DNA of 64,000 nucleotides from NCBI GenBank assembly GCA_947501605.1, contig CANMWZ010000020.1, positions 15,676 through 79,675 on the forward strand. Direction: 5' to 3'. The DNA comes from Planctomycetota bacterium. GTDB taxonomy: Bacteria; Planctomycetota; UBA1135; UBA2386. Each line of letters opens with the position of its first letter. The stretch's first letter is position 1. The notes beneath the pieces were generated by a model that searched no databases, had not been told where the DNA came from, and saw only the letters and a list, made by a program, of their open reading frames with translations. Shown here piece by piece: positions 1 through 9,131 of this stretch. The position numbers and the translations under genes were made by a program.

Positions 1-1
1 A

Positions 2-649
2 GCCCTGGTGCAAAGCGACAAGGAGAAGGGCATGCAGACTGTGGCCCAGGTCCTCGAAGGCACCCAGAAGCCGAGCCCCCGCTTGCGCTGGGCGGCCGCG
101 GATCTGCTGACGCGAACGGACAGGGAGCTCGCACGCCGCACGCTGCGCAAGATTCTCCGAACCGAGACGAGTCGCGGCGTCGACCCAGACCGCGCGGCAA
201 GCTACGGCGCGTCGATCCCCGACCCCGCGGCGGTTGCAGCGACCGGCTTCTTCAACTTCATCACTCACTACCTTCGCACCGAGGATCCCGAAGCGGAGGA
301 GACGCTGCTGCAAGTCTTGATGCGGGCCGACCAGGACGTCGCCACGCTGCAGGAAGCCATCGAGTCCCTCGGAACGATGCGCTCGGCGCGGGCCAGCAAG
401 CGGATCGAAGAGCTCTATTTGCGACCGCCGGGTGCCTCGCAAAACGCCCTGTTCCTCAACAAGTGCCTCGACGCGCTGGTGGCGATTCGCGGCCAGGACG
501 CCAAGCCCTGGCTGCTGCAACAACTGGCAGGGGCCGAGCACGAACTCGTCGTGCAGCACCTCGACCGACTGATCAAGAGCCTCGACCAACCACATAGCGC
601 AGAGGCCTCCACTCCCGGCACGAAGGGCCCGGCCAGCGACGGGAAGTGA
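2..649 (+). CDS. HEAT-repeat protein, 5'-truncated by window edge
   Basis: Frame is open from position 2. Helical HEAT-like units (LRWAAADLL, QEAIESLGTMRSARA, KCLDALVAIRG). Stop overlaps tatD start (GTGA). Confidence 0.6.
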   Translation, partial: ALVQSDKEKGMQTVAQVLEGTQKPSPRLRWAAADLLTRTDRELARRTLRKILRTETSRGVDPDRAASYGASIPDPAAVAATGFFNFITHYLRTEDPEAEETLLQVLMRADQDVATLQEAIESLGTMRSARASKRIEELYLRPPGASQNALFLNKCLDALVAIRGQDAKPWLLQQLAGAEHELVVQHLDRLIKSLDQPHSAEASTPGTKGPASDGK

Positions 650-1428
650 CGACGCCGATGCGCGCGTTCGACACCCACTGCCACCTCGGCCTCGACGACC
701 AAGGAGATCCACAGCAAGAACACGCGCGCGCCGTCACCGCCGGCGTCACCGACTTCGTGCTGGTCGGCATCGATGTAGCAACCTCGATGGCCGCTCGAGA
801 TCTTGCCCGCACGCTGCCAGGAGCACGGTGGAGCGCAGGGCTCCACCCCAACTCTGCTGGACACTTCCCCGCTGAGTGGGACGCGATCGCGGCGTTGGCG
901 CGCGAAGCGGACTGCGTCGCGCTCGGCGAGACGGGACTCGACTTCTACCGCGATCGCGCGAGCCTCGCAGACCAGGAGCGCTCTCTCCGTGCGCACCTCG
1001 ATCTGGCCACAGAGTCCGGGCTGCCGCTGATCTTTCACTGCCGCGACGCAATGGCGCCGCTGCTCCAACTCTTGGCCGCCCGGGCGCCCGTGCGCGGTGT
1101 GATGCACTGCTTCTCGGGCACCCGCGATGAGGCGCTGCGAGCTGTCGAACTGGGGCTCTTCGTGTCGTTCGCGGCGCCGATCACCTACCCGAAGAACTCG
1201 ATGCTTCGCGAGGCTGCGACCGCAGTACCGCAGGATCGGCTCTTGGTGGAGACCGACGCGCCCTTCCTGCCGCCCCAGGGCAAGCGAGGCCAGCGCAATG
1301 AGCCAGCATGGCTACTCGAGACCCTTCGCACCGTGGCGGCACTGCGCGGTTGGGACCTCGATTACACAGCGGCGGTAACCCATCGAAATGCCTGTTCGCT
1401 GTTTCAGCGCCGCGAAGCCGCGGAGTAG
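646..1428 (+). CDS. tatD: TatD family deoxyribonuclease
   Basis: Motifs FDTHCHL, GLHP, GETGLDFY, HCR, GVMHC, LLVETDAPFL, RNEP. Confidence 0.95.
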   Translation: MTTPMRAFDTHCHLGLDDQGDPQQEHARAVTAGVTDFVLVGIDVATSMAARDLARTLPGARWSAGLHPNSAGHFPAEWDAIAALAREADCVALGETGLDFYRDRASLADQERSLRAHLDLATESGLPLIFHCRDAMAPLLQLLAARAPVRGVMHCFSGTRDEALRAVELGLFVSFAAPITYPKNSMLREAATAVPQDRLLVETDAPFLPPQGKRGQRNEPAWLLETLRTVAALRGWDLDYTAAVTHRNACSLFQRREAAE

Positions 1429-1440
1429 CGCCACATAAAT

Positions 1441-1474
1441 GCAGAAGGGCCGCCCGTTGGGGCGACCCTCCTGC
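1441..1474 (-). terminator. Intrinsic terminator-like hairpin downstream of the pilin gene (between convergent tatD and pilin)
   Basis: Minus strand reads GCAGGAGGGTCGCCC-CAAC-GGGCGGCCCTTCTGC, a 15-bp stem that pairs fully with two G-U pairs only on this strand, followed by ATTTAT. A second small hairpin GATCCGG-CGAA-CCGGATC lies at 1493-1510. Confidence 0.65.
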
Positions 1475-1508
1475 GCACAGTCGTGCGTGATTGATCCGGC
1501 GAACCGGA

Positions 1509-2213
1509 TCAGTTCACGACCGTCCAGGTCTCGCCGTCGGTGCCGACCACGTTCGAGGCCACGCCGGCAGCCATGCCAGTCGCAACGCTCGTGGGGTCAA
1601 ACGCCGCCGTGAACGCCGGGGCCGGCTGGCCCGGCGCGCCGTACTGGGAGGTCGTGTTCTTGCTCGACAGAACGTCACCGCTCTGGTTGATGAAGAACGT
1701 GCGCTTGCCCGAGTTGCCGAACGAGCTCGGCCACGCGTAGCAGCACCACAGAACTTCGGCCTGGCCAGCGGCGATCGTCACACCGCTGCCGCCACCCGTG
1801 GCGTTCTCCGCGACACCATCCGACGCCGCGTCCGGGAGGTACATCTGGAAGATGTAGCCCGAGCGCGTGACAGTGCTGTTCGCGACGTTGCCGAACGCGT
1901 TGCTCAGCACCGGCGGGGTGATCTGATCGGCGCCAACGCCACCAGCCTCGTCATTGCGGACGGCATCGGCGCCCGAGAGCTCGCCGAAGAAGCCGTACTC
2001 GCCCTGGCCGTTGGTGTTGCAGTCGATCACGCCCGACGCCTGGCACTGGGCCTGGGCGGACGAGATGTTCTTCAGCGTCGCGATCGCAGCCGATTCATTG
2101 GCATTGAGGCGAGCGCTGAGGAGGTTCGGAATCGCAATGGATGCGATAATGGCGATGATCGCCACGACGATCATCAGCTCGATGAGCGTAAAGCCCTGTT
2201 GGCGCTTATTCAT
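1509..2213 (-). CDS. Type IV pilin (prepilin N-terminal cleavage/methylation domain protein)
   Basis: MNKRQQG/FTLIELMIVVAIIAIIASIAIPNL is a class III signal with G-1/F+1/E+5. Last gene of the pil operon. Alternative start ATG at 2258 has a good SD. Confidence 0.92.
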   Translation of the reverse strand: MNKRQQGFTLIELMIVVAIIAIIASIAIPNLLSARLNANESAAIATLKNISSAQAQCQASGVIDCNTNGQGEYGFFGELSGADAVRNDEAGGVGADQITPPVLSNAFGNVANSTVTRSGYIFQMYLPDAASDGVAENATGGGSGVTIAAGQAEVLWCCYAWPSSFGNSGKRTFFINQSGDVLSSKNTTSQYGAPGQPAPAFTAAFDPTSVATGMAAGVASNVVGTDGETWTVVN

Positions 2214-2285
2214 GTTGTTTCCCTGATTGCCCTGTTGTTGAGGGAGCATTGCTCCCATGTAACTCTCCTTCCTGGACCGCACCAA

Positions 2286-3164
2286 TCAGCGACCAGGTGT
2301 CGCCGACATCGGTTCGGTCAGTCGCAAGAAGCGCGCATCTTCGGCTATCGCCTGCCAGGCAGTTGGCTCCTCGCGGAGCAACCGCCTCATCTCGGCAGGC
2401 GCAAGCCTGGCTGCGCGTTCCAGCAACTGCCAGCAGCTATCGGCGTCGCCTTTGGCCAACTTGAGGAGCGCGAGGTGTGCGTCTGCGATCGGGACGCGCA
2501 CAGCCGCCGCCACAAGCGCCGACTCCGCGGCCTCGATGTCGCCCATGCTCGCATACAGCCTTCCTGCTGCGATCCATGCCACTGGAGCGTCCGCTGCTCG
2601 CACCTGCTCCAGGAGCTTCTTGGCCTCACCGTCTCGGGCCAGCGCGTGCAGCAGTTCGCTCCGCTCCAATAGACACGGAATCTGATAGGCCGCGGCAAAC
2701 TCCGTTTGCGCGCCTTCGAGAAGCTCCAGAGCCTCGACGCGCGCACCCGCCAGGGCCTGCATGCGCGCCTCGTTGAAAGCGAGAACGTCGCGTTGCTCAA
2801 TACTGCAGTCCGGCATCAGGCGCGCACGTCGGTAGCACTTTGCTGCCTCGCGTGGATTGCCCCGGAGATGCCAAAGGAATCCATCGAACTCGAGCAATAG
2901 AGGTGAATCCGGCTCCTGCTGACGCGCCAGCTCCAAGTCGCAGCTCGCGGCGTCGAGCAGCTCGACGTGGGCAGCAACAGCCTGCCCGTCGCGGTCGTGC
3001 GCTGGGATACCATGCGCAAGTCGAAGTTGCGCGTCGACCCCGCGAAGCAGCTGCAAGAAATCGGCGGGCGCTTCGTAGCCGAAACGAAGCCAAAGGAGAG
3101 CGCCCAGGATCGGCGCCGCGCTGCCGTAAAGCAGTGCGCGCCGCAGCGATTTCGACATCGTCAT
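2286..3164 (-). CDS. Membrane-anchored tetratricopeptide-repeat protein
   Basis: N-terminal TM segment, then TPR-like helices (GNPREAAKCYRRA, GDIEAAESAL, GDADSCWQLLERA). Embedded in the pil operon. Confidence 0.7.
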   Translation of the reverse strand: MTMSKSLRRALLYGSAAPILGALLWLRFGYEAPADFLQLLRGVDAQLRLAHGIPAHDRDGQAVAAHVELLDAASCDLELARQQEPDSPLLLEFDGFLWHLRGNPREAAKCYRRARLMPDCSIEQRDVLAFNEARMQALAGARVEALELLEGAQTEFAAAYQIPCLLERSELLHALARDGEAKKLLEQVRAADAPVAWIAAGRLYASMGDIEAAESALVAAAVRVPIADAHLALLKLAKGDADSCWQLLERAARLAPAEMRRLLREEPTAWQAIAEDARFLRLTEPMSATPGR

Positions 3165-3176
3165 GGGGAGTGCCGC

Positions 3177-4424
3177 TCAGCCGCCCGAGAGCTTCTCTTG
3201 CAGCTTGAAGATCGGGAGGAACACCGCCAACACGATGCCGCCGACGATCACACCCATCACGGCGATCATGATCGGCTCGATCATGGACGTGAGCCCCTTC
3301 ACCTCGGACTCCACCTGTTGGTCGTAGAACTCGGCGATCTTCTCCAGCAGCGCATCGAGAGCACCGGAACGCTCGCCGATGCCCATCATCTTCACGACCA
3401 TCGGTGGGAAGACGTCAGACTTTCCGAACGGCTCGGCCAGACTGTCGCCATTGCGCACGCTGTCGCGGGCGTTGTCGACGACCTTCGAGATCACGCCGTT
3501 GCCCGCCGTATCGGAGACGATCTCCATGGCACCGAGAATCGGCACACCCGACTTGATCAAGGTCGAGAACGTGCGTGCGAAGCGCGAAAGCGCGACCTTC
3601 TTGAAGAGCGTGCCGAAGACTGGAAGCTTGAGGACCAGTGCGTCCTTGGCATACGAGCCCTTGGGCGTCTGGATCGCCATCTTGACCGCAATGAAGGTCG
3701 CTGCCATCCCGCCGAAGATGACATACCAGTAGTCCTTCATGAAGAAGGCGATGTCCATGATGAAGACCGTCAGGGCCGGCAACTTCACTTCGAGAGACTC
3801 GAAGACAGGCTTGAACGATGGCACGATGCCGATCATGAGGAAGCTGGCAATACCAAAGACAAGCACGAGCGAGATGACCGGGTATGTCATCGCCGACTTG
3901 ATCTCTTGGCGAAGATGCGCAGAGGCTTCGAGGTAATCCGCAAGTCGCGTGAGAATCGTATCCAGTTGGCCGGAAACCTCGCCAGCGCGGATCATGCTGA
4001 CGTAGATGTGAGAGAACACCCTCTTGTGTTGCTCCATCGAGCGCGAGAGGTCTGAGCCGGAACGGATGTCGTCGACGACGCGGCCGAGACAGAAGGCGAA
4101 GCCCGGTGACTCCGCCTGATCTGCGAGGATCTCGAGCGCCTCCAGCATCGGGATACCAGCCGACAGCATCGTCGAGAGCTGGCGCGTGAAGATCTCCAGT
4201 TCACCGCGCTTCGCCGAGGCCTTCTTGACGGCCGTGCGACTGGCCCGACCACCCTTCGCCTTCTTGCCACCGAAGAGCCCACCGCCGCTCTTCTTGATAT
4301 CAATAGGCGTCAGATTGCGGCGGCGAAGGTCGGCGACCACATCGGTCTGAGATTCCGCGGAAATCGATCCGCGGACCGTCTGACCCGCGGCATCGCGAGC
4401 CTCGAACTTGAACGTGCTTCCCAT
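3177..4424 (-). CDS. pilC: Type IV pilus platform protein PilC (T2SS F family)
   Basis: FTRQLSTMLSAGIP, MIRAGEVSGQLD, SAMTYP, GERSGALD, MIEPIMI; three TM segments. Confidence 0.95.
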   Translation of the reverse strand: MGSTFKFEARDAAGQTVRGSISAESQTDVVADLRRRNLTPIDIKKSGGGLFGGKKAKGGRASRTAVKKASAKRGELEIFTRQLSTMLSAGIPMLEALEILADQAESPGFAFCLGRVVDDIRSGSDLSRSMEQHKRVFSHIYVSMIRAGEVSGQLDTILTRLADYLEASAHLRQEIKSAMTYPVISLVLVFGIASFLMIGIVPSFKPVFESLEVKLPALTVFIMDIAFFMKDYWYVIFGGMAATFIAVKMAIQTPKGSYAKDALVLKLPVFGTLFKKVALSRFARTFSTLIKSGVPILGAMEIVSDTAGNGVISKVVDNARDSVRNGDSLAEPFGKSDVFPPMVVKMMGIGERSGALDALLEKIAEFYDQQVESEVKGLTSMIEPIMIAVMGVIVGGIVLAVFLPIFKLQEKLSGG

Positions 4425-4501
4425 CTTCCCCTCGTGCTTCTTGCTGGTTCTGTTGTTTCTTGGTTTGTGCGAGCGCCCTCAAACGAGGGGGCTCTCACTC
4501 C

Positions 4502-6208
4502 TCAGTCGGCCATGGTGACCGACTCGACTTCTTCGAGGCTGGTCCTGCCACGACCTGCATTGAGCAGACCGCAACGGCGCAGCGTGAGCATGCCCTCTGA
4601 GAGAGCCTGCTTCTTGATGTCCGCCAGATGCGCGCGCTCGACCACCATGCGGCGAATCGGCTCGGTCATGCGCATGGTCTCCAGGATCGCAAAACGGCCC
4701 TTGTAGCCACCGGTGCACCGTGAGCAACCTACGGGGCCGTAGAGCTCCATCGGTTGGGAGATGTCCTTCTCGGTGTAGCCAAGCCGGACCAGAACATCCT
4801 TGGGAAGATCGAGCTTCTTCTTGCAGTGCGGGCACAACTTGCGCCCGAGTCGCTGCGCCGCGATGAGCAGCGTACTGCTTGCCACCATGAAAGGATCCAT
4901 GCCCATGTCCACCATGCGGGTGATGGTCGACGGAGCGTCATTGGTGTGCAGCGTGCTGAGCACGAGGTGGCCCGTGAGAGCGGCCTTGACCGCAATCTCG
5001 AGAGTCTCCTGGTCGCGAATCTCGCCAAGGAGAACCACATCTGGGTCCTGACGCAGGATCGACCGTAGCGCCGCCGCGAACGTCAAACCGCCCTTCGGGT
5101 TGACCGGCACCTGGTTGATGCCTTCGATCGTGTATTCAACCGGATCTTCGACCGTCACGAGGTTGATGTCAGGAGACGCGATATGCCGGACCGCCGAGTA
5201 CAGCGTGGTCGACTTACCAGACCCTGTCGGGCCGGTAACCAGTATCATTCCGTATGGCTGGGCACAGGCCCAGAGATAGTCTTCCATCGAGCGCTCCTCG
5301 AACCCGAGCGACTTGATGTCGAGGGCAAGGTTGCTCGAGTCGAGAATACGCATGACGGTCTTCTCGCCCCATACCACCGGTAGCACCGAGATACGGAAGT
5401 CGATCGCCTTGTTGCCGATGCGCATCTGGCACTTGCCGTCTTGCGGCTTGCGCTTCTCGGCGATGTCCATCTTCGCCATGATCTTGATGCGCGAAGTGAT
5501 GTTGTTCTGCATCCGCTTCGGAAGCTCCATCGCCTCGGACAGAGCGCCGTCTTTTCGATAGCGCACAATGACGCGCTTCTCGAATGGCTCGATGTGGATA
5601 TCGCTCGCGCCCGCATTGCAGGCGTCGAGGATGATCTTGTTGACCAACTTGACGACCGGCGACTCCTCGTCGTTGATCGCCGACATGTCGGTCGATTCTT
5701 CGTCGCCACCCGTGTCCTTGAGCTCCAGGTCGCCATCATCGAAGGACTGCAGGATGTCGCCAACCGAGTCCTTGTCGGTTTGATAGGCACGCCCGAGGAT
5801 TCGTTCGATCTCCTCGGCCGTGCTGACCACGGGGCGCAGCTGACAACCGGTGATGATCCGGATGTCGTCGAGCTTGAGGATGTCGAACGGGTTCGCGATC
5901 GCGACCGTGATGATGTTGCCGATGCGATCGATCGGGAAGATGCCGTAGTCCTTGGCGACGTCGCGCGGCACGGCCTCGATGACTTCCTTGTTGACCGTCA
6001 GCTTGCCGAGATCGATCGGCGGGATGTTCGCAGCCTTGGAGATCAGCGCGATGAGCTCCTGCTCTGTCGCGACACCCTTCTTGACCAGGATCTCCGTGAA
6101 GGGCCGCCGCTGCGAGGCGGCCTCGGCGAGCAGAGCCTCGCCGGTGGCTGCGTCGAGCTTGCCGACCTTCTCGAGAATCCCGCGGAGCTTTTTGCCGAAC
6201 TGGTTCAT
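4502..6208 (-). CDS. pilB: Type IV pilus assembly ATPase PilB (GspE/PulE family)
   Basis: ASDIHIEP, Walker A GPTGSGKST, TVEDPVEY, LRQDPD, GEIRD, STLHTND, Zn motifs CPHC/CSRC. Start placed at the ATG that overlaps the pilT stop (ATGA). Confidence 0.95.
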   Translation of the reverse strand: MNQFGKKLRGILEKVGKLDAATGEALLAEAASQRRPFTEILVKKGVATEQELIALISKAANIPPIDLGKLTVNKEVIEAVPRDVAKDYGIFPIDRIGNIITVAIANPFDILKLDDIRIITGCQLRPVVSTAEEIERILGRAYQTDKDSVGDILQSFDDGDLELKDTGGDEESTDMSAINDEESPVVKLVNKIILDACNAGASDIHIEPFEKRVIVRYRKDGALSEAMELPKRMQNNITSRIKIMAKMDIAEKRKPQDGKCQMRIGNKAIDFRISVLPVVWGEKTVMRILDSSNLALDIKSLGFEERSMEDYLWACAQPYGMILVTGPTGSGKSTTLYSAVRHIASPDINLVTVEDPVEYTIEGINQVPVNPKGGLTFAAALRSILRQDPDVVLLGEIRDQETLEIAVKAALTGHLVLSTLHTNDAPSTITRMVDMGMDPFMVASSTLLIAAQRLGRKLCPHCKKKLDLPKDVLVRLGYTEKDISQPMELYGPVGCSRCTGGYKGRFAILETMRMTEPIRRMVVERAHLADIKKQALSEGMLTLRRCGLLNAGRGRTSLEEVESVTMAD

Positions 6209-7305
6209 CGGAGCGGGCGGCGCGCGGCCGAGGCATTGTTGGCCGTACGCTCCATGAGGCGAGCGAAGTCGGCTTCGTCGTGGCAGTGCTCGATTGCGTG
6301 CTCGTAGCTGATCGCTCCAGAACGATAGAGTTCGAACAGCGACTGGTTCATGGTGCGCATGCCGAGCGAGCCACCGGTCTGGATGATGGACATGATCTGG
6401 TGCGCCTTGTTGTCGCGGACCAGTGCACGAATCGCCGGGTTGCAGATCATGACTTCGGAGGCCAGCGCGCGACCCTTGCCCGTCACCTTCGGAATCAGCT
6501 GCTGACAAACAACAGCCTGCAGCGTGAACGAGAGCATCGTGCGGATCTGCTGTTGCTGGTGCGCTGGGAACACGTCGACGATGCGGTTGCAGGTCTGAGT
6601 CACGTCCGACGTGTGCAGCGTGGCAAACGTCAGGTGACCGGTCTCTGCGAGCGTCAGCGCGGCTTCGATGGTCTCGAGGTCGCGCATTTCGCCCACCAGG
6701 ACGATGTCCGGATCCTGACGCAAGACCGACTTCAAGGCCTTGCCGAAGCCGTGCGTATCACCACCAACCTCACGTTGATTGACCAGGCATCCCTTGTTGC
6801 GATGCAAGAACTCGATCGGGTCCTCGATCGTCACAATGTGGCTCTGGCGGGTCTCGTTGATGTAGTTCACCATCGAGGCCAGGGTCGTCGACTTGCCGGA
6901 GCCCGTCGAACCGGTGCAGAGGACCAGGCCTCGGGGCAGGTTGCACACCCACTCGCAGACCTTGCGTGGCAGACCAATCGTCTCGAAGTCAAAGACCTCG
7001 AATGGGATCACGCGCATGACCGCCGCCATCGTGCCGCGTTGCATGAACGCGTTGGTGCGGAAGCGGCCCATGTTGGTGACGCCAAAGGAGAAGTCGATCT
7101 CGAGGTTCTTCTCGAACTTCGCGACCTGATCCGGACCGAGAACCGAGTAGATCAGCTTCTTCGCGATCTCGGGGGTGATCGCCTCGTAGTCCGTGTCCGT
7201 CATCGAGCCATCGATGCGGATCTTCGGAGGAGCGCCAACCGAGATATGCAAGTCCGAGCCACCGCGCTGCACCATCAGGGTGAGCAGTTCTTCCATCGAG
7301 ACCAT
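6205..7305 (-). CDS. pilT: Type IV pilus retraction ATPase PilT
   Basis: SDLHISVG, GRFRTNAF, GSTGSGKSTT, TIEDPIEF, QREVG, LRQDPD, AETGHL, AIRALVRD (AIRNLIRE-like). SD GGAGGA upstream of ATG 7305. Confidence 0.95.
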   Translation of the reverse strand: MVSMEELLTLMVQRGGSDLHISVGAPPKIRIDGSMTDTDYEAITPEIAKKLIYSVLGPDQVAKFEKNLEIDFSFGVTNMGRFRTNAFMQRGTMAAVMRVIPFEVFDFETIGLPRKVCEWVCNLPRGLVLCTGSTGSGKSTTLASMVNYINETRQSHIVTIEDPIEFLHRNKGCLVNQREVGGDTHGFGKALKSVLRQDPDIVLVGEMRDLETIEAALTLAETGHLTFATLHTSDVTQTCNRIVDVFPAHQQQQIRTMLSFTLQAVVCQQLIPKVTGKGRALASEVMICNPAIRALVRDNKAHQIMSIIQTGGSLGMRTMNQSLFELYRSGAISYEHAIEHCHDEADFARLMERTANNASAARRPLR

Positions 7306-7489
7306 CGAATCAATCCTCCGTGTAGGGGTCCGGCGAGGACCCGACGAACCGCTATCGGCCGATGACGGCGGTCGGATTGAGCCGCGCTCGTGGCCTCGCT
7401 CGCTGTTCGCGCAATGCGACTTCCCTGACGATCCGATCACACTTGGCGAAAACGGGACCTGCAGCTACGTGCAAGCCGTGTGTGCCACG

Positions 7490-7516
7490 GACCAGACAGC
7501 GAGACCAGACAGCGAG
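7490..7516. repeat. Perfect 13-bp tandem direct repeat (GACCAGACAGCGA x2) upstream of pilT
   Basis: Read directly at 7490-7502 and 7503-7515. Confidence 0.8.
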
Positions 7517-7628
7517 GATGAGGTCGAAGCGAGGGACTGGTCGCTGTTGCCAGGGCGCCGGCCGGCGGCCAGGAGGTGTCGAGAATTCCGACGACGGCGA
7601 TGAGGCGATCGGAGCTCGGGTTCTCGTC

Positions 7629-8189
7629 TCAATTCGAGAGCGGCGCCTTGCCCATCGCCACCAGTGTGCGCAGCGACGACGCGACCCGAACATCGAGCCG
7701 TCGCAGCTCTGCCGTCGCCACGAACACCAGCCGCCCGCTTGCTGGGTTTGGAGTACCGGGCAGGTAGACCGTGGTTCGCTCAATGCCATCGACGACGCTC
7801 GTTCCTGTCACCAAGCCGAGCTGGTCGCCGCCTTCGCTCGCGACCAACACCACGCCCTGGAAGAACCGCTCGCGCGCCGTGTCGTAGCCGAGCACTTCCT
7901 TGAAGCTCTGGTACATGGCCCCCACGAACGGAAGTCTCTCGGCTGTCCGATCGAGCATGCGCCAGAGCCATCGACCGAGAAACGTCGTCACGAGCAGCCC
8001 GACGAGGTAGACGCAGACGATGGCCAGCAGCAGACCGAGGCCAGGAAAGTAGAACGACTGACGCCGCAGGCTGTCCGAACTGAGCGCGCTCTCGAGCCAC
8101 ACGAAGGTGAGCGCCGCGCCGCCAAGCGGCAGCAGGGCGACAATGCCGGCGACGACGCACCGAGTGATGTGTTGGGTTGGCGAGCGCAT
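7629..8189 (-). CDS. DUF502 family membrane protein
   Basis: AGIVALLPL..T, PGLGL, RLPFVGAMYQSFK, TVYLPGTPNPASG are characteristic DUF502 motifs. Start trimmed to ATG 8189. Confidence 0.85.
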   Translation of the reverse strand: MRSPTQHITRCVVAGIVALLPLGGAALTFVWLESALSSDSLRRQSFYFPGLGLLLAIVCVYLVGLLVTTFLGRWLWRMLDRTAERLPFVGAMYQSFKEVLGYDTARERFFQGVVLVASEGGDQLGLVTGTSVVDGIERTTVYLPGTPNPASGRLVFVATAELRRLDVRVASSLRTLVAMGKAPLSN

Positions 8190-8356
8190 TCGCAGCACGC
8201 TAACCGCACGCTCCTCAGCGCACCTGCGGACTCGCGGTCCCTTGGTTGACGCCGCCTCCGATCTTGCCCCTCGACCGTCGGGCGCAGAAGGCACTCGCGG
8301 TTGTCGATGCGCGCACATCCCTGGCGAACTCGAACGGCAGACGCCACCATGGGCAC

Positions 8357-9088
8357 GTGAATCTGCTGCTGCTCGAACCCGCCGAGATCGCCCCTGACGG
8401 CACGGTTTCCTTGCGCGACCGTCGCGCCGAACACCTGCGCTCCGTACTTCAAGCGACCAAGGGCCGCATCCTCGAAGCGGGTGTGCTGAACGGCCCCATC
8501 GGGCAGGCGGAGGTGCTGTCGGTCGACGCTGAGTCGGTGACGCTTCGGGCCAACTGTCAGGATCCAGCGCCGATCGCTCGTGATGTCTTGCTGCTTGCCG
8601 TGCCGCGGCCAAAGGTCCTGCTACGCATGCTCGAGCTGGCCGCGTCCCTGGGTTTCTGCGAGATCGTCCTGTTCCGCAGTTGGCGTGTGGACAAGAGCCA
8701 TCTCGGGAGCCAAGCGCTCGATCCCGCAGTCCAGGACTTGCACCTGCGACTTGGACTGGAGCAGGCGCGGCGCACGCAGTTGCCACGGATCAAGACGTTC
8801 CTGCTGTTCCGCCCCTTCGTGGAGGACCACCTGCCGCACCTTGACCTTCCAGCACACCGGTTCTGCGCTCATCCGTTCGCCGCGGTTGCCACGCGCGATC
8901 TTGCGTTGACCGCCAACGCCCCGATCGCACTGTGCATCGGCCCTGAGGGTGGGTTCCTGCCTTGGGAAGTCGATCAACTGGCCCGCAGCGGGCTTTTGCC
9001 GGTCCGTATGTCCCACCATCCACTGCGCACCGAAGCTGCGTTGGCAGCAATGCACGCCCAGTTGGACCTGATGCGCGATCGGCAGTAG
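8357..9088 (+). CDS. rsmE: 16S rRNA m3U1498 methyltransferase RsmE family
   Basis: RAEHLRSVL, LAVPRPK, GLEQARRT.LP, SPOUT knot IGPEGGF...LRTEAA. Start GTG 8357. Confidence 0.9.
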   Translation: MNLLLLEPAEIAPDGTVSLRDRRAEHLRSVLQATKGRILEAGVLNGPIGQAEVLSVDAESVTLRANCQDPAPIARDVLLLAVPRPKVLLRMLELAASLGFCEIVLFRSWRVDKSHLGSQALDPAVQDLHLRLGLEQARRTQLPRIKTFLLFRPFVEDHLPHLDLPAHRFCAHPFAAVATRDLALTANAPIALCIGPEGGFLPWEVDQLARSGLLPVRMSHHPLRTEAALAAMHAQLDLMRDRQ

Positions 9089-9131
9089 AATAACGCGCTG
9101 CCGCTTCGGGTGCGGCACCCTCACCAAGTCC

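Noticed and set aside
646..1428. TatD as part of an anti-phage system (e.g. QatABCD)
   Set aside because: Housekeeping-type TatD with no qatA-C or other defence genes adjacent within the window. The upstream HEAT gene is truncated, so context further left is unknown.
7471..7487. Sigma-54-like TGGCAC...TTGC on the minus strand upstream of pilT
   Set aside because: The spacer is 7 nt (TGGCAC-ACACGGC-TTGC) instead of the strictly required 5 nt.
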